From: Octopus sinensis
Taxonomy: Eukaryota
Length of the DNA stretch: 30,951 nucleotides
Direction of reading: 5' to 3'
NCBI RefSeq assembly: GCF_006345805.1
Contig: NW_021832526.1
Coordinates: 1-30,951, forward strand
The notes below the pieces were generated by a model. The model saw nothing but the letters and a program-made list of their open reading frames with translations, had not been told where the DNA came from and searched no databases. The translations under genes were made by a program, and so were the position numbers. Below are positions 23,936 to 30,951 of this stretch, one piece after another; positions within the stretch are counted from its first letter, which is position 1, and every line of letters begins with the position of its first letter.

Positions 23936-24704
23936 AACGATGATGATGATAACGATGATGGTGGTGATCCTCGTGGTTATCATCAGTGTGATCGTCACAA
24001 CATATAAGTTGATATATCATTTAGATGCATTCCACATGTATAGTTTCGTTATATTTCTAGATTCAAGCTACTTACCATACAGCCACTTCTGCGCCGATGT
24101 GAATATGTATCTAGTTTTGGATTTTTATCCAAGCATCTCGATATCCTATTTGCTGTCATTTGTTCCATTGCTGAATCTGAAGTTGAAATTTTCAAAGATT
24201 AATGTATTTGTGTTACAAGTGTAGTTAACCAGGTATGTCTATTTCCTGCACTTATCGACTGGAAATATTATGTGTTTCTTCACTAAAATATTTTTTAAAT
24301 ATTTATTGGGCGTTGATATTTCACATTCAAGCTTCAATTATTTAAGAGGCATTCATAACGATGGTTCCAACGAAAATATTTATTTATAAGTTCTAGGATA
24401 TCATTTTTTAACTATATTGGTTATTTTTTTCATTTAAATAAGAGGCGACAGACGAGATACAGTTTTGCAAGATCAATTCACTTCTAATTATATACCTCAG
24501 TGTGTGTGTGAGTGTGTGAGCATGCGTGTGTGTTTGGATGTGTATGCTTGTCATTCTGTACCTACACCGTTTCACCAACTGTTGTAGGTTTCTACGTTTA
24601 AATAACGTCCGTGCTGTTTTAAATAAAAACAGCACAGAATTTTGTGGTAGCGGGGCGTTTCTCTTTGTGTTTGTCACTGCAGTGCTTGATAACCAGTGTA
24701 GGCT

Positions 24705-25105
24705 TACTTTTTTACTCTTTTACTTGTTTCAGTCATTTGACTGCGGCCATGCTGAAGCACCGCCTTTAGTCGAGAAAATCGACCCCGGGATTTATTCTTT
24801 GTAAGCCTAGTACTTATTCTATCGGTCTGTTTTGCCGAACCGCTAAGTTACGGGGACGTAAACACACCACCATCGGTTGTGAAGCGATGTTGGGGGGACA
24901 AATACAACCATACAAACACACACACAAACACACATATACATGTATACGACGGGGTTCTTTCAGTTTCCGTCTACCAAATCCACTCACGAGTCTTCGGTCG
25001 GCCCGAGGCTATTGTAGAAGATACTTGCCCAAGGTGTCACCTAGTGGGACTGAAACCGGAACCATGTGGTTGGTAAGCAAGCTACTTACCACACAGCCAC
25101 TCCTG
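24705..25105 (-). mobile_element. SINE family K (CORE-like), near full length
   Basis: Reverse complement of the 13975-14382 element over about 400 bp. Confidence 0.88.
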
Positions 25106-25692
25106 CTTGTTTATGTCTCCATCTTATAATACGTCAGCAAAATAGACAGTATAAGTGCTAGACTTATAACGAATAACTACGGGATTGATTTCTTCGATAA
25201 AATCTTCAATGGCGATGTCTCAGGATGGTGATAGAAAAATGAGAGAAGCAAGTGAAAGTAAAAAATAATATATTACATGTATTTGTTTAAAAAAATATCT
25301 TTATGAAAAATGTATTTGCATATGTATAATATACATGCATGAAAACCTCCAACGACTGGGAAGCCTTAAATAAGAATTACCCTAGCCAGAATTAGAATCA
25401 CTGTTCGGAATAATAAAATCAACAAAAACACTATAAACCTGAACAATAAATGCTTCTTAACAAGTTTAAAGTTACGTGAACGAAGGAAAACTAAGAAAGA
25501 GAACACAAGACATAAAAGATTTACAGATAACAAGTGCAACAACATCATGAATCCATCATCAACAGCCAAACGGATAGCATTATGGTTTCGACACCTGGGC
25601 AATACCTAGAGTGACAACAGCGTTATAAACAAAAGTTACTCTGAATAATATTCTTCTTTAAGAGTAATAAATTCAAACTCTGTAAACTCATA

Positions 25693-25720
25693 CATGTATA
25701 TATATATGTGTATATACATG

Positions 25721-25805
<85 letters not shown>

Positions 25806-25820
25806 TATTATATATATAAC
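25693..25820. repeat. (TA)n microsatellite (insertion target)
   Basis: Direct reading. Confidence 0.95.
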
Positions 25821-25987
25821 ATAAGGGACATTAGCCATTTGAATGTGGCTAGGGACAGGGCAGGGCGGTGGGGGTGTTACTGATGCATTTAGCCCCAGGC
25901 GATCATCAACGTCATCAGATAGGCTGACACCATCACGGTGTCCTCTATCCTGCAAAGGGAGATCATTCCCCGAAGAAGCGGATGCCA

Positions 25988-26032
25988 CATACGGACCCAG
26001 GTTTCAAGGTATTTGCCTATCATCAACGTATG
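25988..26032 (-). ncRNA. Type I hammerhead-like ribozyme (inverted copy)
   Basis: Exact reverse complement of 26381-26425. Confidence 0.7.
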
Positions 26033-26380
26033 GCAGGCACCGCTCCTCGACGAACAACTTCCTGTGCAGGATATTTATATATAGATTTTCACGTAAATAC
26101 ATTTACTGATTTCGAAAATCTGTTCGACAGCAATAATAATTCTCTAAACGAGATCGCCTTGGGCTAAATGCATCAGTAACACCCCCACCGCCCTGCCCTG
26201 TCCCTAGCCACATTCAAATGGCTAATGTCCCTTATGTTATGGAGCAGTTACTGTTTATATCTCGTTTAGAGAATTATTATTGCTGTCGAACAGATTTTCG
26301 AAATCAGTAAATGTATTTACATGAAAATCTATATATAAATATCCTGCACAGGAAGTTGTTCGTCGAGGAGCGGTGCCTGC

Positions 26381-26425
26381 CATACGTTGATGATAGGCAA
26401 ATACCTTGAAACCTGGGTCCGTATG
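26381..26425 (+). ncRNA. Type I hammerhead-like ribozyme with variant core
   Basis: CAUACG-UUGAUGA-U AGG CAAAUA CCU U-GAAA-CCUGG-GUC-CGUAUG. Helix I is a perfect 6 bp, with a GUC cleavage triplet (after 26419) and a self-complementary helix III ACCUGGGU. Deviations are C3->U and U-U at 10.1/11.1. Confidence 0.7.
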
Positions 26426-26783
26426 TGGCATCCGCTTCTTCGGGGAATGATCTCCCTTTGCAGGATAGAGGACACCGTGATGGTGTCAGCCTATCTGGTG
26501 ACGTTGATGATCGCCTGGGGCTAAATGCATCAGTAACAGCCCCATCGCCCTGCCCTGTCCCTAGCCACATTCAAATGGCTAATGTCCCTTATGTTATGGA
26601 GCAGTTACTGTTTATATCTCGTTTAGAGAATTATTATTGCTATATATATATATAACTTATAATATAAGGACAAAAGAAAAATTCTAATGCCAAATATGAC
26701 GAAAAAAAGACAAAATTGTCAATAACCATTATAATTTATGCGTCTCGAAACAAGCCGATAGAAATTTCTAAAAAATTCCGTTA

Positions 26784-26843
26784 TTACCGTATTGGTCCTA
26801 ATTTCGGGGTAATTCATAAGAATTTTCACCTCATCAGCGATAA
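26784..26843 (-). ncRNA. Type I hammerhead-like motif in a Penelope-like remnant
   Basis: UUAUCG-CUGAUGA-GGUG AAAAUUCUUAUGAAUU ACCCC-GAAA-UUAGGACCAAU-A-CGGUAA. Helix I is UUAUCG/CGGUAA, helix III is near-palindromic, the triplet is AUA, and helix II is imperfect. Confidence 0.6.
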
Positions 26844-27634
26844 ATACGTAAGACATAAATTAAATACTTAATATATGAGTGTTTGAGCGTGTTTGCCTGT
26901 GTTTGAATATCTTTGCGAAGGAATTACCTAGGCAAATATATGCTGAGAAATGTTTCGTTGCAGACGATTAAATAGTCAGCATATACTTTCTGTGGAAGGT
27001 TACAATGTATGTCACTCCGTCACGTTTGTGTTGTGAATTTGACCAAGCAGGAAGCAAATTTCATTTCTGTGAACATGTCTTCTTCGCTCAACTCTATTGG
27101 TTTATTTGTGTGTGCGAACGTCTGTGTGTATATGTGTTTTCATTTATACATTCTTTTAATTTCTGAACTCACCACCCTCCCCTTTTCTATCTTCGTTTCT
27201 TTCTTTTACATTTTTCTTTTCCTTTGCTTCTTGTAATTTCCCTTTTGCTTGTTTTTGAAGCATTTGCTTCATATATTTTATTCTCTCCATTTTTTCCTTT
27301 CCTTTTTTTCGGTCATTCTGTCTTTAAGATCCTCCTTATTTCTCTCTTTGATAAACGCCATGTTTTGTAACTTCATATTTCAATTTCTTATTTACTCTAT
27401 ATATTTTTCCGTTTGTCTTTCTTTCTATCCTCCTGTTTTTTTTCTTTATTGTGTTATTCTCCTTTCCATTACCTTCTTTTATTTCCTTCCTCTCTTTATT
27501 CTCTTTTTCCTTAATCTTCTTCTTGTCCATAAAGCCTTTTTTACTTTCCTACTTAAAATACTCATTCTGTCTTCTGTTACTTCTAAATTCTTTATTTAAC
27601 ATTCTTTTATCCTCTTATTCGTAACAAAACCCTA

Positions 27635-28056
27635 GGTTTCTTATTTCTTTATTGCCCACAAGGGGCTAAACAGAGGGGACAAACAAAGACACACAAACGG
27701 ATTAAGTCGATTATATCGACCCCAGTGCGTAACTGATACTTATTTAATCGACCCTGAAAGTATGAAAGGTTAAATCGACCCCTGCGGAATTTGAACTCAG
27801 AACGTAGCGGCTGACGAAATACCTATTTCTTTACTACCCACAAGGGGCTAAACACAAAGAGGACAAACAAGGACAGACAAACGGATTAAGTCGATTATAT
27901 CGACCCCAGTGCGTAACTGGTACTTATCTAATCGACCCCGAAAGGATGAAAGGCTAAATCGACCTCGGCGGAATTTGAACTCAGAACGTAACGGTAAACG
28001 AAATACCGCTAAACATTTCGCCCGGCGTGCTAACGTTTCTGCCAGCTCGCCGCCTT
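27635..28056 (-). mobile_element. SINE family M with two tandem 184-bp units
   Basis: GTCGATTATATCGACCCC at 27706 and 27890; the head ends at GCCGCCTT (28056). Confidence 0.9.
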
Positions 28057-28877
28057 ACAATGTTTCATGTCCGCGTAGAAACGATCCTCAGAAAAACAGT
28101 AAACAAATCTACTGTCTATTTATAAGATATGTGTGTATCAAATACTGCTAACAATAATTTTAGAAAATAAAAATGAGATAACAGCATGTGTGTTTTAAAT
28201 TTTCAAACTCAAGCAACGTGACCTGATTCGTCTAATTTCAGAATCCATCTAAAAATAGGGGTCATAGTGTAAAGTATTTCAATAATAGTTAGTAGTGGAA
28301 AACAGTAACGCAAAAAGCGCCGAGGTGTATCATATGGTTAGACCAACTATCGTTGATGCTGGTGTCCTTTAGTCCTTAACTAACCCACATTGAACAGAAT
28401 TATGATGATATGTTTAATATCTTATAGTTTATCTGGACATAGTAGTATTTAAACCAAAATTTCTCTTCCATATTAAGAAGGTTGGGTTCGATTTCGAATT
28501 CGACTTCTGTTTCTTGCAGGTCGCTACAATCCTCCTCGTTTGAATTCACATAAGCTCAAGATTCCCAGATCATTGCACGATCGTTTGATCTACTAGAATA
28601 ATAGCCAAATTTTACTGACTTTTGTGATGACAATGTCCTTAGAAAGGGAAAATAATTTTGGATAATACCTATAAGTTAGACAAAATTATCAAAAATTATC
28701 TTTTATCGTTAAGTCTACATGCTCCGTCAGTATCGACCTTGCCGTAAGTCTAAACAACAATATGAAAACCATCTTACTTATCATCTCCTAAACCTAATCA
28801 TCCACTTCTTAAATCATTTAGGAGAAATTAATCTGCAACAGACGGGTGTTTGTCCTGGAGTTATATTAGTTTCTTAG

Positions 28878-28904
28878 ACTTTAGACAACAAATATTGAGT
28901 CAAG
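28878..28904 (+). CDS. Weak candidate 27-nt microexon
   Basis: TTAGTTTCTTAG|ACTTTAGACAACAAATATTGAGTCAAG|GTTAGT; phase 1-1, reading FRQQILSQ. Confidence 0.15.
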
Positions 28905-29204
28905 GTTAGTAATGTTCAGACGTCCAGTGAAACTTCATTTTCATGGACTGCCCTCTTCGTTTCTATTTATTTTCCATCCTTACAGTCTTTCGCATTGCCT
29001 CTTTTCTCCTCTCCGTCCTTCTCTAACATCCAAATTTACTTACAACTGTCTATCTGTTTTCTTTACAGGCTTCTACTTCCATTTTCCCTGCGCTTTATTT
29101 TTTCATTTGATTTCATCTTCATTCTCTCTTAGATACTAATTACATTGTACATACACATCCACACTCTAACTACATCACAAATTTTCTCTCCTTCTTTTTA
29201 TTCT

Positions 29205-29314
<110 letters not shown>

Positions 29315-29362
29315 TTCGATTTACTTTCTATGCAGGCATAGCTAGGCGCAGTTATGGCTTGC

Positions 29363-29943
29363 GAGGCGGCGAGCTGGCAGAAATGTTAGCACACCGGGCG
29401 AAATGCTTAAATGTATTGTGAGGTCTAATTCCGCTGAGGTCGACTTTGCCTTTCATCCTTTCGGGGTCGATAAATTAAGTACCAGTTGCGCACTGGGGTC
29501 GATGAAATCGACTTCATACCTATGCCTGTGCTTGTTTGTCCCCTCTATGTTTAGCCCCTTGTGGGTAGTAAAGAAATAGGTATTTCGTCTGCCATTATGT
29601 TGTGAGTTCAAAGTCCGCCAAGGTCAACTTTGCCTTTCATTCTTTCGGGGTCGATAAATTAAGTACCAGTTACGCACTGGGGTCGATATAATCGACTTAA
29701 TCTGTTTGTCTGTCCTTGTTTGTCCTCTCTGTGTTTAGCCGCTTGTGGGTAGTAAATAAATAGGTATTTCATCTGCAGTTACGTTCTGAATTCAAATTCC
29801 GCCGAGGTCGACTTTGTCTTTGATCCTCTCGGGGTCGATAAATTAGTACCAGTTGTGTACTAGGGTCGATGTAGTCAATCCATTTTTCTGTTCTTGTTTG
29901 TCCCCTCTATATTTAAACCCTTGTGGGCAATAAAGAAATAAGG
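29363..29943 (+). mobile_element. SINE family M with three tandem 184-bp units
   Basis: Core marker at 29436, 29620 and 29804. Confidence 0.9.
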
Positions 29944-30106
29944 TATGGCTTGCATGGTTAAGAAACACGCTCTTCCACTTGGTTTCGGCTTCTGTCCCAC
30001 TATGTTCTATAGTAGAAGACACTTGCCCAAGGTGCCACGCAGTGGGACTGAATGCGAAACCATGTGGTTGGTAAACAAGCTACTTATCACACAGTCATTC
30101 CTGCGT
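29944..30106. mobile_element. Two SINE family K head fragments in inverted orientation
   Basis: Degenerate plus-strand head at about 29944-30003, and a minus-strand head at about 30008-30106. Confidence 0.65.
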
Positions 30107-30119
30107 CTAGAGGCAAACT

Positions 30120-30545
30120 AATCATTAGCTCAGCGAGAAAATTGCTTCACGGAATTTTCACCGTGTTTACGTTGTGAGGTAAACGTGCCTTTCATCGGTT
30201 CGAGATCGATCAAATACGTATCAATCAAGTAATGGACACGATATAACTGATGATCCATATTCCCACCGAATTTCAGGCTTTGTGCCAAACAGTACAAAGT
30301 TTTGTTATTAATACGACGAGCTAGTAGAATCGTTAGCATGCCGCTAAAATTCGTAGCAACATTTCGTCTGTCTTTACGTTCTGAGTTCAAATTCCGCCGA
30401 TGTCCACTTTGCCTTTCATAATTCCGGATCGATAAAATAAGTACTAGTTTAGCAATGAGGTCGATTTAATCGACTTACCCACCATTTGAAATTGCTGGCC
30501 CTGTACCGAAATTTGAAACCATTATGATGATGATGATCATCATCA
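30120..30545 (+). mobile_element. Two SINE family M monomeric-type copies (one very degenerate)
   Basis: About 30120-30310 is degenerate. About 30316-30525 has a clear GTTCTGAGTTCAAATTCCGCC and a GAAATTGCTGGCCCTGTACCGAAATTTGAAACC tail. Confidence 0.7.
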
Positions 30546-30688
30546 TCATTATTATTATTAAAAAGTTTATCATTATGCTTTCCTTTTTTGATTCCACCGT
30601 TTACATTTTTTCTTTCACTTCGTCCTCTTTCTCATTGATTTCTATTTCCTTCTCTTTCTTTTGCATTCTTCAACGGCTTTTATATTTT

Positions 30689-30951
30689 ACTAGCAGTATC
30701 GCCCGGCGTTGCTCGGGTTTGTAAGGGAAATAACTATATAAGCATTTTTAGAGAGTTATAGCCAAAAAATAGCAAAAAATGCATTAAAAATGGAAAAAAA
30801 ATTATGGTAATTTTTTTTTAAATCGTTGACTCATCATAGACATTTTTAGAGAGTTACTTTCCTTATATAATAGCGATAAAATGCATTAAAAATGGAAAAA
30901 TGATGGTAAATTTTTTTTAAATCGTAGACTCATCGTAGACGCGCGCTAATA
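30689..30951 (+). mobile_element. HINE-like element family A copy 3 (truncated by window end)
   Basis: Starts ACTAGCAGTATCGCCCGGCGTTGCTCGGG; contains an internal ~95-bp tandem duplication. Confidence 0.65.

Larger units (their letters stand above)
25816..26641. mobile_element. Retrozyme-like / Penelope pLTR-like non-coding element: 357-nt unit in partial tandem plus inverted copy
   Basis: 26152-26284 repeats at 26509-26641 (period 357). 25816-26154 is the reverse complement of 26259-26597 (339 bp, 4 mismatches by eye). The unit contains a hammerhead. Confidence 0.8.

Noticed and set aside
25905-25925. Second CUGAUGA in the inverted arm (minus strand)
   Set aside because: No downstream GAAA or helices, and the other copy reads CUGGUGA.
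26321-26498. Two A/G differences between the arms as a fossil of ADAR editing
   Set aside because: Only two sites, pointing in opposite directions between the arms, and one is explainable by CpG decay.
25623-26655. Duplicated ORFs (MASASSGND..., MWLGTGQG...) in the inverted repeat
   Set aside because: They appear twice only because of the duplication. There is no recognisable domain, and the RNA-structure signal explains the sequence better.
28059-28097. Minus-strand CUGAGGA...GAAACAUU hammerhead-like motif
   Set aside because: Helix II is unconvincing, and the helix I partner is absent because a SINE begins immediately after. At most a destroyed remnant, so not counted.
28520-28596. Strong acceptor followed by a 25-codon frame (RYNPPRLNSHK...)
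   Set aside because: Runs into sequence that looks like a degraded repeat; no independent support.

Overview
AT-rich, extremely repeat-dense eukaryotic DNA. The repeat families look like those of octopod cephalopods (Octopus), which is my recollection and not a database result. No protein-coding gene can be named; nearly all long ORFs in the track are microsatellite translations. The window holds a fragmented RLE-type non-LTR retrotransposon (about 100-1109) split by a SINE with an 11-bp TSD, several tRNA-headed SINE families, Helentron/HINE-like elements, a hAT-like MITE, many microsatellites and a few weak exon candidates. The main signal is seven hammerhead-ribozyme (HHR)-like motifs from five apparently unrelated sequence contexts. 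The best case is a 357-nt retrozyme-like unit at 25816-26641. It carries a type I hammerhead at the tip of a long G-U-rich rod and is arranged as 1.37 direct copies plus a 339-bp inverted copy inside a (TA)n tract. Also present are a fully canonical hammerhead at 1690-1747 (minus strand) and a tRNA-headed SINE whose tail carries a Penelope-type minimal hammerhead (20691-21082). All RNA folds were done by eye and no cleavage activity has been shown.
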